Origin: Macrostomum lignano
Taxonomy: Eukaryota
DNA: 38,684 bases
Assembly (NCBI GenBank): GCA_002269645.1
Contig: NIVC01004665.1
Location: 1-38,684 of the forward strand
Direction: 5' to 3'
Both the position numbers and the translations under genes were made by a program. Shown here piece after piece: positions 1-15,711 of this stretch. Position 1 is the first letter of the stretch. The number at the start of each line of letters is the position of its first letter. The notes beneath the pieces were generated by a model. It ran no database searches. It was not told the DNA's origin and saw only the letters and a program-made list of their open reading frames with translations.

Positions 1-697
1 ATGCTGACGAAGCGTGAACTCCTGGGCTTCTTGAAGCTTCTTGAAAACCAGCCAGTCTGGCAACCTAACGACGATTGACTTTAAAATAGGACCTCCAAGT
101 TGCGATGAAATATTCCAATTTTATTCAAGTTAAAACAATTCAAAATATTTAAATGTTTAAATATATTGCTGGATCAATATACGAGCTAAGTCTGACTTAA
201 GAATTGTTTCCGTTTTAGACAATAAAGAAGACAGCAAGACGCGAAAATGATTATAAAAATAAACGAAATTGATGCCAGAAATTTGCACAATTTATTTAAA
301 AGATACGCATAGGAAATCTGGAATAAACGCGCGATCTCTGTTGCATTCGCGCCGTGAGAAACGTGCAAAGCAAAAACCCATGCGCTTGCAGACCGGAAAA
401 ATTAGGATAAAAAATTAGAGAATCTACAGCCGGAATTGTCAAGTCAATGGCGCTGATGCAGGTAAAAGCGGAGAGCATACTCGCGAATTACTGTTATAAC
501 AACTCTAATTAAGTAGGGCATTACAACTTTAATTATTGAGCAATAGATGGATGCACAATGTGATAATTATTATTGAAGCACCAGTAGTCAAGGGACCGAA
601 CCCTGTGTCACATTGGCATCTAGCCTCCAGCGCAACTGTTCGCTAGGTGCTGACATCGGATGCTACTGTTGGATGCCCGGAGTCCCGGACACCGGCC

Positions 698-4416
<3,719 letters not shown>

Positions 4417-5130
4417 AGCTTGGATGTTGGATGCACTTATAAAATCACCGCGACCCGACGGCGGGTCTTTCCAGCTTGTCCCCCTGTCGATTCAGGTAAG
4501 CCCTACTCAGGCTCTAGCTTGTGTTGGCATAAAAAACTTTTCTCACAATTTATACTGTGGACTGGCTGTGAAGCTGTACGAGTCGTTATAGCAGCCATTT
4601 TTGTTGAACGGCTCTCTGTACTCTCAGGCAGCGCGCGGCCGCTCAACTCTGCCCTCGGGCGCCCATCCCCCCTTCCCCGTGCAGCCCCACCCCAACCCCC
4701 GATAGCCCGGCGCACGGGGCGAGAATTTCATAACCGCGCGCGCTCCCCGACGTTGCCCGGACAGCACACACTCGCCTAAAACTATGCTGTAGACAAAGTA
4801 CACGCTAGATAAAGATAGTAAGCACTGACTTCAGCGCGCAGTTACTACCCCATTACTTGCCACCAAGCAAGTACACGAACTCAACTGCAGGACAGGGAGG
4901 TTGCAATTTTCCAAGACCTCCTGCACCCAATTCCTCTGCCTTTTCATGCCATCAAGGACGCTTGACTACAAATCTGTTCCGAGAGGTAATGCGCTTCTCA
5001 CATTCTCACGTAGATGCAATAAGCAGACTGCAGGTACTGTACATGCATGTACGTGCGTTTCAAACTCCGAATGCATAAATATGATGCAGTACAGATTCAT
5101 CGAGTACATACAGGCAAACATAATAGTACT

Positions 5131-5389
5131 ATAATTGATTACACCTGCCCCAATTGGGCCAGATGTACAACCGACCGCTCAGCCGCAGCTATTGCGCGGC
5201 GCATCTGAAGGCTGCGTACGACTGTTCAGTGAGCCAATACTGGCACCCATTTTACAGCTGGGTGAACTGAAGCAATGCAGAGTTAAATGTCGTGCTCAAG
5301 GACACAAATTTTCCGAGTGAATCGAGAATCGACCCCTTGACCTTTCAGTCGTGATTCCGACGCTCTCACCACTACTAGGCTACAACCCC
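5131..5389 (-). mobile_element. tRNA-derived CORE-like SINE family B
   Basis: Reverse complement of the 20945-21252 copy: head GGGGTTGTAGCCTAGT, core TGTGTCCTTGAGCA..ACATTTAACTCTGCATTGCTTCAGTTCACCCAGCTGTAAAATGGGTGCC, tail GGCAGGTGTAATCAATTAT. Confidence 0.8.
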
Positions 5390-6081
5390 AGGGCTACAAC
5401 GATATGAAAGTAGATGGAATATCCATTTGTCCATGTCTATGCACACGGAACTGCATGGTGACTGCTTTGGATAAGCAAGTTATTTTAAATAAGTCAACAG
5501 TCCACTCTGGTTCAAGATAGTTCAGGAGTTTTCTATGGTCATGTGATAATCAATAAAACACAATCCATTAATTGAATTCATTTGACTTGACTGCCTGAAA
5601 CAGAATTTTAAAAAGCCGACTGACTAGTAGCAATAAACAAATTAAAAAAACTCGCATCGTTGCGAAACAGTTGCAGAAAATTTATTCAAAACGACCAAGT
5701 CTACAGGACTGAAGCCTTTCTTTGGTTAATATTAACTTATTTTATTAAGGAATAAAAACTGGACCGACACTACTACTAGAAGCCAAGAGAAGTGAGTAGC
5801 AGCGACTGCATTTTTACAGAAAAATTATATATGCGTCTTTTCAACAGCTGGTGCAGTCAAAAAGACGAGATCAATTTGCAATTACGGTAGAAGTCCATCG
5901 CAATACCTACCGAGTGCTTGCTAGACCGGGGGTCACAGCCTCAGTACGGTCACCCGCCCGCATCTTTAGTTCAGTCTGGAGTTCGAACTGCAGCGATTGT
6001 GCATGGTCTACAATAATATTGCACAACAGTAAAAAAACACGTGTGTTGAAAAACGGAGCAGAGACACTTCAGAGCCTCCGA

Positions 6082-9000
6082 CTACTCAATCAGCTTGGAC
6101 TTCAGGAAGTCAACGAAGTCGTCAATAAGCGACGGCCAGGCGCCTGAAATGACGGATTGCAGAAATGTACTTTTATTTATCGGCGCTTTTGCCTGTACCA
6201 CAGGTACTAGAATAACTAGATGGGGCACTCGGCGCATTTGCGACCCCCCCGTCCTTGGACTGAACAGCCGTACGCAGCCTTCAGATACACATCTGCCCAG
6301 TGGGGCAGGTGTAATCAATAATAATAATAAACATTGTGCCACATTGCTCAATAGCCCGCAGCCTACCATTGGGATCATAGTCGGCCAGGTTGTCCGGGTT
6401 GCTCACAAAGTCGAAAAATAAATTCCAGGTGTCGCGAGAGACTCCGCGCACCTTGGCCTCGCGCAGGAAACGAAACCAGGACTCGAGCAGCTGACCGAAC
6501 GGCCCGCCATTCAGCAGCAGGTTCCAGTAGGGGATGGCAGTCTCCACAGCTGCGGGGTGGCGAATTCGTCAGATGAAACTACTAACAGTAGAATAAAATC
6601 GGCGAATCGGTGAGTGGGGATAGGGATAGGGATCCCGGGAGTCGGGATTTCGGAAGTCAGGATAAGGACTCGGGGGTCGGGATAGGGATCTCGGTAGTCG
6701 GGATAGGGATTTCGAGAGTCGGGACCTCGGGAGTCGGGACCTAGGGAGTCGGGACCTCGGGATTCGGGATCTCATAAGTCGATATCCGGATCGGGACCTT
6801 TGGAAGTCGGGATCTCCGGAGTTTGGGATCTCCGGAGTCGGGATCGGGATCTAGGGAGTCGGGATAGGGATTTCGAGAGTCGGGACCCCGGGAGTCGGGT
6901 CGATATCCGGATCGGGACCTTTGGAAGTCGGGATCTCCAGAGTCGGGATCTCCAGATTCGGGATCGGGACCTCGGGAGTCAGGATCTGGATCTCAGGAGT
7001 CGGGATCGGGATTTTGGGAGTCGGGATCGGGATCTCGAGAGTCGGAATCGGGACCTCGGGAGTCGGGATCGGGACTTCGGAAGTCGGGATCTCCAGAGTC
7101 GGGATCGGGACCTCGGGAGTCAGGATCCGGATCTCAGGAGTCGGGATCGGGATTTTGGGAGTCGGGATCGGGATCTCGAGAGTCGGAATCGGGACCTCGG
7201 GAGTCGGGGTCACAAAACTCGGGATAGGGACCTGGAGTCGGGATCGGGATCTCGAGAGTCGGGATTGGTTTATCAAAGATCCGAATTTCGTCGCAGACTT
7301 ACGCAGCACTTTGGAGTCCCGCGACTCCCTAGCGAAGTCAAACGTGAAGGCGTGCAGGTCGCGCAGCTGCCCGACGTCCTGGGCCAGAGCCCGCTCGGTC
7401 TGGGCCAGCCGGGAGCGCAGCTTGTCGAGGCTGTCGGCGCCCAGACGGCCGAGGCCGGTGACGAATTCGGCTCTGGAGAACTCGCCCTGAACACCGGCCT
7501 GCAGCTTCCAGGCCAGCACGAGGGCGGTGAGGGACACCGGGTCGATGCGCAGATCGTCTAACAGGCGACAAACTCCGGTAGGGTTGATGCGGTCGGGGTC
7601 ATCCTGAGAGTAAAGGCAGCGGTGCACAATACTGCTCATAAGCCTTGGTATACGGTTCGGGAACCTTAGTTGAATTTGGCGTTCCCAGGCAAACCGCCTT
7701 TGAGAGTCATTCACAGAACATGTGGGCTGTCGTGCGATTCACAGCCATGAAGGCCAGTTCCAAAGGCACAGAGAGTCAGGACCGCTGTACACCCTGTGTG
7801 AGCGTGTGAGTGCGTGCCTGCGTACAGTATTGGCTCAGAAGTCAGTGGAATGGGCAGAATTGCCTCAGCGCTGGTTGTGTTGGCTCAGAAGTCAGTGGAA
7901 TGGGCAGAATTGCCTCAGCGCTGGTTGTGTTGGCTCAGAAGTCAGTGGAATGGGCAGAATTGCCTCAGCGCTGGTTGTGTTGGCTCAGAAGTCAGTGGAA
8001 TGGGCAGAATTGCCTCAGCGCTGGTTGTGTTGGCTCAGAAGTCAGTGGAATGGGCAGAATTGCCTCAGCGCTGGTTGTGTTGGCTCAGAAGTCAGTGGAA
8101 TGGGCAGAATTGCCTCAGCGCTGGTTGTGTTGGCTCAGAAGTCAGTGGAATGGGCAGAATTGCCTCAGCGCTGGTTGTGTTGGCTCAGAAGTCAGTGGAA
8201 TGGGCAGAATTGCCTCAGCGCTGGTTGTGTTGGCTCAGAAGTCAGTGGAATGGGCAGAATTGCCTCAGCGCTGGTTGTGTTGGCTCAGAAGTCAGTGGAA
8301 TGGGCAGAATTGCCTCAGCGCTGGTTGTGTTGGCTCAGAAGTCAGTGGAATGGGCAGAATTGCCTCAGCGCTGGTTGTGTTGGCTCAGGAGTCAGTGGAA
8401 TGGGCAGAATTGCCTCAGCGCTGGTTGTGTTGGCTCAGGAGTCAGTGGAATGGGCAGAATTGCCTCAGCGCTGGTTGTGTTGGCTCAGAAGTCAGTGGAA
8501 TGGGCAGAATTGCCTCAGCGCTGGTTGTGTTGGCTCAGAAGTCAGTGGAATGGGCAGAATTGCCTCAGCGCTGGTTGTGTTGGCTCAGAAGTCAGTGGAA
8601 TGGGCAGAATTGCCTCAGCGCTGGTTGTGTTGGCTCAGAAGTCAGTGGAATGGGCAGAATTGCCTCAGCGCTGGTTGTGTTGGCTCAGAAGTCAGTGGAA
8701 TGGGCAGAATTGCCTCAGCGCTGGTTGTGTTGGCTCAGGAGTCAGTGGAATGGGCAGAATTGCCTCAGCGCTGGTTGTGTTGGCTCAGGAGTCAGTGGAA
8801 TGGGCAGAATTGCCTCAGCGCTGGTTGTGTTGGCTCAGAAGTCAGTGGAATGGGCAGAATTGCCTCAGCGCTGGTTGTGTTGGCTCAGAAGTCAGTGGAA
8901 TGGGCAGAATTGCCTCAGCGCTGGTTGTGTTGGCTCAGAAGTCAGTGGAATGGGCAGAATTGCCTCAGCGCTGGTTGTGTTGGCTCAGAAGTCAGTGGAA

Positions 9001-11921
9001 TGGGCAGAATTGCCTCAGCGCTGGTTGTGTTGGCTCAGGAGTCAGTGGAATGGGCAGAATTGCCTCAGCGCTGGTTGTGTTGGCTCAGGAGTCAGTGGAA
9101 TGGGCAGAATTGCCTCAGCGCTGGTTGTGTTGGCTCAGAAGTCAGTGGAATGGGCAGAATTGCCTCAGCGCTGGTTGTGTTGGCTCAGGAGTCAGTGGAA
9201 TGGGCAGAATTGCCTCAGCGCTGGTTGTGTTGGCTCAGAAGTCAGTGGAATGGGCTGAATTGCCTCAGCGCTGGTTGTGTTGGCTCAGAAGTCAGTGGAA
9301 TGGGCAGAATTGCCTCAGCGCTGGTTGTGTTGGCTCAGAAGTCAGTGGAATGGGCAGAATTGCCTCAGCGCTGGTTGTGTTGGCTCAGAAGTCAGTGGAA
9401 TGGGCAGAATTGCCTCAGCGCTGGTTGTGTTGGCTCAGAAGTCAGTGGAATGGGCAGAATTGCCTCAGCGCTGGTTGTGTTGGCTCAGAAGTCAGTGGAA
9501 TGGGCAGAATTGCCTCAGCGCTGGTTGTGTTGGCTCAGAAGTCAGTGGAATGGGCAGAATTGCCTCAGCGCTGGTTGTGTTGGCTCAGAAGTCAGTGGAA
9601 TGGGCAGAATTGCCTCAGCGCTGGTTGTGTTGGCTCAGAAGTCAGTGGAATGGGCAGAATTGCCTCAGCGCTGGTTGTGTTGGCTCAGAAGTCAGTGGAA
9701 TGGGCAGAATTGCCTCAGCGCTGGTTGTGTTGGCTCAGAAGTCAGTGGAATGGGCAGAATTGCCTCAGCGCTGGTTGTGTTGGCTCAGAAGTCAGTGGAA
9801 TGGGCAGAATTGCCTCAGCGCTGGTTGTGTTGGCTCAGGAGTCAGTGGAATGGGCAGAATTGCCTCAGCGCTGGTTGTGTTGGCTCAGAAGTCAGTGAAA
9901 TGGGCAGAATTGCCTCAGCGCTGGTTGTGTTGGCTCAGGAGTCAGTGGAATGGGCAGAATTGCCTCAGCGCTGGTTGTGTTGGCTCAGAAGTCAGTGGAA
10001 TGGGCAGAATTGCCTCAGCGCTGGTTGTGTTGGCTCAGGAGTCAGTGGAATGGGCAGAATTGCCTCAGCGCTGGTTGTGTTGGCTCAGAAGTCAGTGGAA
10101 TGGGCAGAATTGCCTCAGCGCTGGTTGTGTTGGCTCAGGAGTCAGTGGAATGGGCAGAATTGCCTCAGCGCTGGTTGTGTTGGCTCAGAAGTCAGTGAAA
10201 TGGGCAGAATTGCCTCAGCGCTGGTTGTGTTGGCTCAGGAGTCAGTGGAATGGGCAGAATTGCCTCAGCGCTGGTTGTGTTGGCTCAGAAGTCAGTGGAA
10301 TGGGCAGAATTGCCTCAGCGCTGGTTGTGTTGGCTCAGGAGTCAGTGGAATGGGCAGAATTGCCTCAGCGCTGGTTGTGTTGGCTCAGAAGTCAGTGGAA
10401 TGGGCAGAATTGCCTCAGCGCTGGTTGTGTTGGCTCAGGAGTCAGTGGAATGGGCAGAATTGCCTCAGCGCTGGTTGTGTTGGCTCAGAAGTCAGTGGAA
10501 TGGGCAGAATTGCCTCAGCGCTGGTTGTGTTGGCTCAGGAGTCAGTGGAATGGGCAGAATTGCCTCAGCGCTGGTTGTGTTGGCTCAGAAGTCAGTGGAA
10601 TGGGCAGAATTGCCTCAGCGCTGGTTGTGTTGGCTCAGGAGTCAGTGGAATGGGCAGAATTGCCTCAGCGCTGGTTGTGTTGGCTCAGAAGTCAGTGGAA
10701 TGGGCAGAATTGCCTCAGCGCTGGTTGTGTTGGCTCAGAAGTCAGTGGAATGGGCAGAATTGCCTCAGAAGGCGTTGCGTCAGGGCGGCCGCACCTATCC
10801 AGCAATTAGTAATATTATTACGAGGGGTGTCCCCGAAAAGTTCTGACACTTTTAATTTCAGAGCAAAAACAGTCGCAACTGCAAGCACAACTTTGGTGTC
10901 ATTTTCAAGCGGCACATCTCTGCTTTCCATTGAATTAAGTCGCGTGTATTTTGGTCATTTCATTCAAAAGTTACGTGTCTTAGAGTAAAAGTTAAAAAAT
11001 ATAAAAGTCGATTTTTTGTGTTCAAAGAAACGAATTGTAGTCATTCATCATTATCATCCTTCAAGGCAGCCTTGTCAACGTAGTCTCCACCTGTAGCAAC
11101 ACACTTTTCCCATCGTTTGAGCATTCCGTGCCTTCGGCCTTTCAAATGCACACTCATGATGGTGTCAAAAATCACAAAAATCAAAACACTTGACCTTTGC
11201 AAGGTGCAAAACAGTGAGATTTGCTTACAAGTGACGGAGTGTATAAAATACTCAACACAGAAATGGTGGACGGTAAGAGAGGGATGCACTGTAAATTAGA
11301 GCCGTTTTGTGTACGCTCGTAAACGATTGTACTTGCGTGCTGCAAACAAGATCCATAAAAAGCTATGTACTTCACCTTTTACTCCTGTAAGACTATCTGC
11401 AGCATTTTGATGGTTTTTCACACACAATTTTTGAATGAAATGACCAATATACACGCGACTTAATTCATGACATGGGCACCCCTAGTATATTATCTTTAAT
11501 GTATTATTCTATTCTTTTTCATTTATATGATCCTACTGCTCAACTTCCCTCAACCGAATGCATTCAACGACACCACAGTGATCGCTAGCCAATGGCAGGC
11601 CTCCCGCACCTGACTAACAACATCACCCCCAATTAGGCAGCTTCTGAGTCCTGGTTCTCAGGGCGGGAGGGATTAAGATCGCTACGTCCCGTGGTTGAGT
11701 CTCACCTGAGACCGGTAGGAGTTGAACAGCGCGGCCACCTTTCTGGTGTCAACAGACAGCCGCTCGTCATATTTGGCGGGGCTGCTGTAATAATCGTCCA
11801 CTGCTGCATCCAGGCGCCAGGCATTCTGGCTGAGGCACTGCAGCGCCACCGGCTCCTGCGCCTCTGTGCACTGCACGAACCGCTGCACGAGCTCGCGCTG
11901 TTCTCGCCGTAGTCGGTTCAT
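6082..11921 (-). CDS. DCUN1D1: DCN1-like neddylation co-E3 (UBA-like + PONY domain). Exons 11921-11706, 7603-7303, 6549-6367, 6143-6082; 253 aa
   Basis: MNRLRREQ..CLSQNAWRLDAAVDDYY (UBA-like); LDDLRIDPVSLTALVLAWKLQAGVQGEFSRAEF; AIPYWNLLL; SRDTWNLFFDF; GAWPSLIDDFVDF. All junctions are GT-AG with matching phases (0,1,1); total 762 nt. Paralog (DCUN1D1 vs D2) is not resolvable. Confidence 0.93.
6239..6330 (+). mobile_element. 3' fragment of SINE family B in DCN1 intron 3
   Basis: GCGACCCCCC.GTCCTTGGACTGAACAGCCGTACGCAGCCTTCAGAT..ACATCTGCCCA..GGGCAGGTGTAATC(AAT)n matches 21125-21250. Confidence 0.75.
6610..7265. repeat. GGGATC/GGGAGTC-based complex minisatellite in DCN1 intron 2
   Basis: Dozens of GGGATC, GGGACCTC and GGGAGTC subunits, with larger duplications of ~120 bp (6779/6899) and ~141 bp (6961/7102). 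Confidence 0.9.
7690..7830 (+). mobile_element. SINE family A middle fragment leading into the satellite
   Basis: AGTCAGGACCGCTGTACACCCTGTGTGAGCGTGTG matches AGTCAGGGCCGCTGTACACTCCTATGTGAGTGTGTG at ~14216. CCTTTGAGAGTC and AAGGCACAG are also shared. Confidence 0.65.
7831..10768 (+). repeat. 50-bp tandem satellite, ~59 near-identical copies, in DCN1 intron 1
   Basis: Unit TGGCTCAGAAGTCAGTGGAATGGGCAGAATTGCCTCAGCGCTGGTTGTGT. The only variants seen are A/G at position 9, GTGAAA twice and GGGCTG once. Confidence 0.98.
10821..11485. mobile_element. Mariner-derived non-autonomous element with a transposase C-terminal remnant
   Basis: Termini TA|CGAGGGGTGTCC ... GGCACCCCTAG|TA; ~45-bp subterminal inverted repeat (10925-10975 / 11428-11470). 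The minus strand encodes GMLKRWEKCVATGGDYVDK, the mariner RWxKCxxxxGxY tail. Confidence 0.75.
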
Positions 11922-12583
11922 CAGCCAGATTGCACCGGATGTCAACTAATCTAGCTTTTGTTTTTGTTTGTAAAAGTACATTTCAATAACAACTAGCTAA
12001 TTACTTTCTTTGTTGTCGATCAATTTTAAAGACTAGGGCATAAAATAGTTCTAAATGCTAGTTATATTAGTTAAATTGTTTAAAACACAATTGAGTCACA
12101 ATTTCATTTTGTGTTCAAGCATATACTTTGCACATGTTTAATTTTTGTATAGAACACACATTGACTTTGCACAGTTTTTATTAGAATTCAGGTTGCCATT
12201 TACCACAAGTGCCCAAAAATTGAGGTGAATTTTTTCAAGTCAAATATAGCATTAAAACAAATGTTGCAAACCGAACTTATGTTAAAAGTGCAAAGCAAAA
12301 TTAAAGGCTAACAAACTATGATATTATTCCTTTTTTATCTATCAAAGAATATAATCAAAATGCATGCTAAAACTTTAATGTTTCTCTTCATATATAATTT
12401 GCAATAGATTCAACTAATAGATTGGCTTAACCAATTTCTACCAAACTTACATTGTTAGTTAGAGATTTATTTGAATTTTGTTTTTTTTGGCTATGAGAAT
12501 GCTTATTGCTAAGGGAGATTAACCATTCAATGCTAAAGATGATCTATTCTATACTACAAGCAAATTTTAATATCTCTCCTATA

Positions 12584-13680
12584 TAGAGATGCTAATACTG
12601 GGATCCCAGTTTTGAAAAATACCAGTTTTGGGCCATTTTTGGTATTACCAATACCAGTTTTAGGGTCCAGTATTGGTCTAAAATTATGTCTACATTTTTA
12701 CAAATTTGCAATTTTTGTTTAAATTGCATTTTCCTAGACACTAAAAAATTCTTTCACTTTGGCTTTTTAGCTTTAAATTTACTTGGGATTTGGGGATTTC
12801 TTAGAATTGGGGAAAATGTTCAATTTATGCTACTATAAAGAGTAAGCCTAGGGATACTCCTGGTTACATGAGTGTCTGAGTGGCAAGACACTATCTAATC
12901 AGTCCAAGGGAGAGAGAGAAGGGCCATGTGGTGGATTGGAGTTGCCTGGGAAATGGACACACCAATGGGGAATTTCAATAGCTAATAGGGAATTCTAACA
13001 GTTAATAAGGAATGCTGGCATAGAGAGTGGGATGTTTAATAGGGAGTGGGGAGGTAGGAAGGTAGAATGCCTAATGAATCCGTGCTAAGGCCTAATAGTA
13101 ATTGCCAGAACAGGGCAATCAAGCACAAGTTGTTCTTTCTCACCGTATATTTGCTTGTATTTATAGTAATTTTACTAAATATGGCGGACAATTATTAACA
13201 AAATTTAACCAATAGTATTGAATATTTATATAGTAAGCATAGTAAAGCAAAGCAACATATTTAACCACTTAATAAGGAAAAATAGAATTGAAATGAGTAG
13301 AAGATACATGTTTTTGTGATCTATTTAACAAACAATATAGCTGTATCAAGACAAATATGATAAGGCAATCAATAAGACAATAAAGTAAGGCTATTAAGAA
13401 TGCTACTAAAATGATAAATACTGTACAAACAATTACTATTATTTCACAAATTGATTGGATTTAAAAGTCAGGACAATTCAGTAAATGATTTATAATGCAT
13501 TCAAAAGATAGGCAATACAAAAATAATAGGTAAAATGCAATAAAATTCGATTTTTTTATTTGGAAGCTAAAATATGAAAAAAGCTATTGAATTCTAGTAT
13601 GCAAAACCAGTATTGGCAAAATTCTGGTATTGAATATTGGGATCCCAGTTTTGGGCAAGTCTGGTATTTTAGCATCCCTA
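12584..13680. mobile_element. hAT-like MITE
   Basis: Termini TAGAGATGCTAA ... TTAGCATCCCTA; repeated subterminal GGGATCCCAGTTTT and ATACCAG motifs at both ends. CTCTCCTA flanks both sides (12574-12581, offset by 2 nt; 13681-13688). Confidence 0.65.
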
Positions 13681-14026
13681 CTCTCCTATGGCTATACCTA
13701 ATTTTTGACTGTACAAATTATTGCATAGAACTTTTTATCAACATTTATAAAAATAACAAAGATCAAAGCCTAGTATAACACATTTGCTAATTGCCAATAT
13801 ATGCAATATGGGCAATATGTGTTTTATTGAACTACATTAGTAGTTTATTTAGCTGCAGCTGTTTTTGCTAAAATCGATCACATAGATAAGATAGATACCT
13901 AAACCTACCAACAAACCATTTTTAGTATAATGGAAGTCACAATTCTTTTCCTTTCTTGGTAAGGTGAACTATGCTATGTACATACATCAATAATTAAAAT
14001 AGTAGGCCTATTTAATAGATATGTTT

Positions 14027-14387
14027 AGGGGGGCCATAGCCCAGCAGTAGTGCAGCTGCTTTGGTATGCCAGTGACCCAGGCTCGATTCCAAGTGCAGTC
14101 ACATTAATTTGGGGCTGAATTGGAATCTTGGCTTGGCTCTGCTTGTGCAATTAATGGCCTTGAGAGCCAACCCTCCCAAGGCACAGTGAAGTTTACATGC
14201 CTAACGATAAATAAAGTCAGGGCCGCTGTACACTCCTATGTGAGTGTGTGCTTGCATACATAACCGCGCACTTGTATGCCTGCTCAGGGGAGTTGGCGGA
14301 ATGGGCAGTAATGCCTCTCGCCAGTTGTGTACCTATGTCGCTTAAAGTATGCCAGGGTGCACACAACCCCCCTGCCTCTAATAAAAA
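14027..14387 (+). mobile_element. Full-length tRNA-derived SINE family A
   Basis: A-box-like TAGCCCAGCAGTAG, B-box GGCTCGATTCC, A-rich tail, and 13-bp TSD AATAGATATGTTT (14014-14026 / 14388-14400). Confidence 0.85.
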
Positions 14388-14809
14388 AATAGATATGTTT
14401 TGCAATTTAGATACTAGACTGATTTTTTAAGCAACAAGAGATTTTTGCATTTTCAAGGGTTATTAAAGTATTGTACGTAACGCAATAAGTGCTACACATT
14501 TCAGAAATTTCCATATACCATTGTTGCAAATTGTAGCAGCTCATGATTATTATTATCACAAATTATGTAAACCTATGTGAATAGTAATTTTTGGATATTA
14601 AAGATGTATGTTCAGTCATGTTTACTACATAGCAATCAAACTTTTACTTTTTAGTTATGCTTAAAAAATTTTCCTCATAGAATATTTTCTACAAAGAGCA
14701 GTAGGAAAAGTTTAAGGATCTGAAATGTAATATTAAATTGCTTTCTTATTTTTGTATGCACTTTCAAACAATTCTCGAAAGGTGCTATATTATCGGTGGT
14801 GTGCGCACT

Positions 14810-15140
14810 GTGCGGTCATTCATTTTGTCTGCTGCCTTTTTGTCGTCGGGCCTTTTCATATTGCTTGCTCTGGTTCCAGAACCAGAACCAATTTGTGAAG
14901 TATAACTTTTTGTCTCCATAACTATAGGGAAATACGTGCTATAAAGTTTTTATTATTGAATGACAATCGCCAAGAAGAAAGTGAAAAATTGTGCTAAGTT
15001 AGGTTGTTAAGGCAGTCAAATATTAACAGAGTTTAAAAGTTATACTGGTGTTTTTCTTGGAATTCCGAACCGATTCTGCTTCTGTAATTGGAGGCATTGG
15101 TAATATGAAAAGGCCCGTCGTCGTCTGCCGGCAGACGTAA
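14810..15140. mobile_element. Decayed relative of the 15712-16378 MITE
   Basis: GCGGTCATT..TTGTCTGCTGCCTTTTTGTCGTC at the left end; inverted pair CGGGCCTTTTCATATT / AATATGAAAAGGCCCG; GTCTGCCGGCAGACG at the right end. Confidence 0.45.
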
Positions 15141-15711
15141 GAACTTTTTTAAAAAGTGAAATATAGCTACGAAAACTGTTAAGCTTAATTTTCATAACAA
15201 GAAATTGCAAGTCATGCAAAAAGTTATTATGTAATATTTTTTTGCATGCGTAATATTGTTTAACGCAGTATTTCAAAGAAAGATATATAATTTAAACATC
15301 CGTTAAAAAAGTGAATGCTCGATCATGAGCATTGTTATGATCCCTGGCCCCATCCCGATGATAATAACGTATTTGCTGTCCTGTTGCAAAGTTTATATAA
15401 ACTTGTAACTTCGAATTATATTTATTAATTTTAAATTTAATGATAAAATTCATTATTTCTTGACCTATATTTGACTAGAATTTCTCCTTTGATATCGAAT
15501 TTCTCTTTCTCATAAGTTAAAAAAATGCATGCATTAGACCCCTTATGGCCCTATTCAAGGGTGTTGCCATAGATTTTATGGTAGAGGGGATAAAGCCAAG
15601 AGTTCTACATGTAAATGTACACTTATACATATTTTTTAGTATTTTCAGCACTCAGCACTCATTTTGGTGTTGCAGCCACTTTATTTTAGTGCCACAGGCA
15701 CATTTTGGTGC

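Noticed and set aside
1-600. Short ORFs 186-368 and 296-478
   Set aside because: They are AT-rich, have no motifs and no splice partners.
4420-4779. Divergent plus-strand gene beside the HERC start (CAG|GTAAGC at ~4497)
   Set aside because: No recognisable protein and no matching downstream exon; it is probably promoter or UTR sequence.
6569-7561. RD-rich, GI-rich and IP-rich ORFs
   Set aside because: These are products of the GGGATC minisatellite in DCN1 intron 2; only 7603-7303 is coding.
7831-10768. CRISPR-like array
   Set aside because: The units are directly adjacent with no unique spacers, there are no cas genes, and the context is eukaryotic.
7722-10988. Very long ORFs (up to 1088 aa) in all three plus frames
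   Set aside because: They are translations of a stop-free 50-bp satellite inside DCN1 intron 1. The same peptide appears in every frame, and the DNA derives from a SINE.
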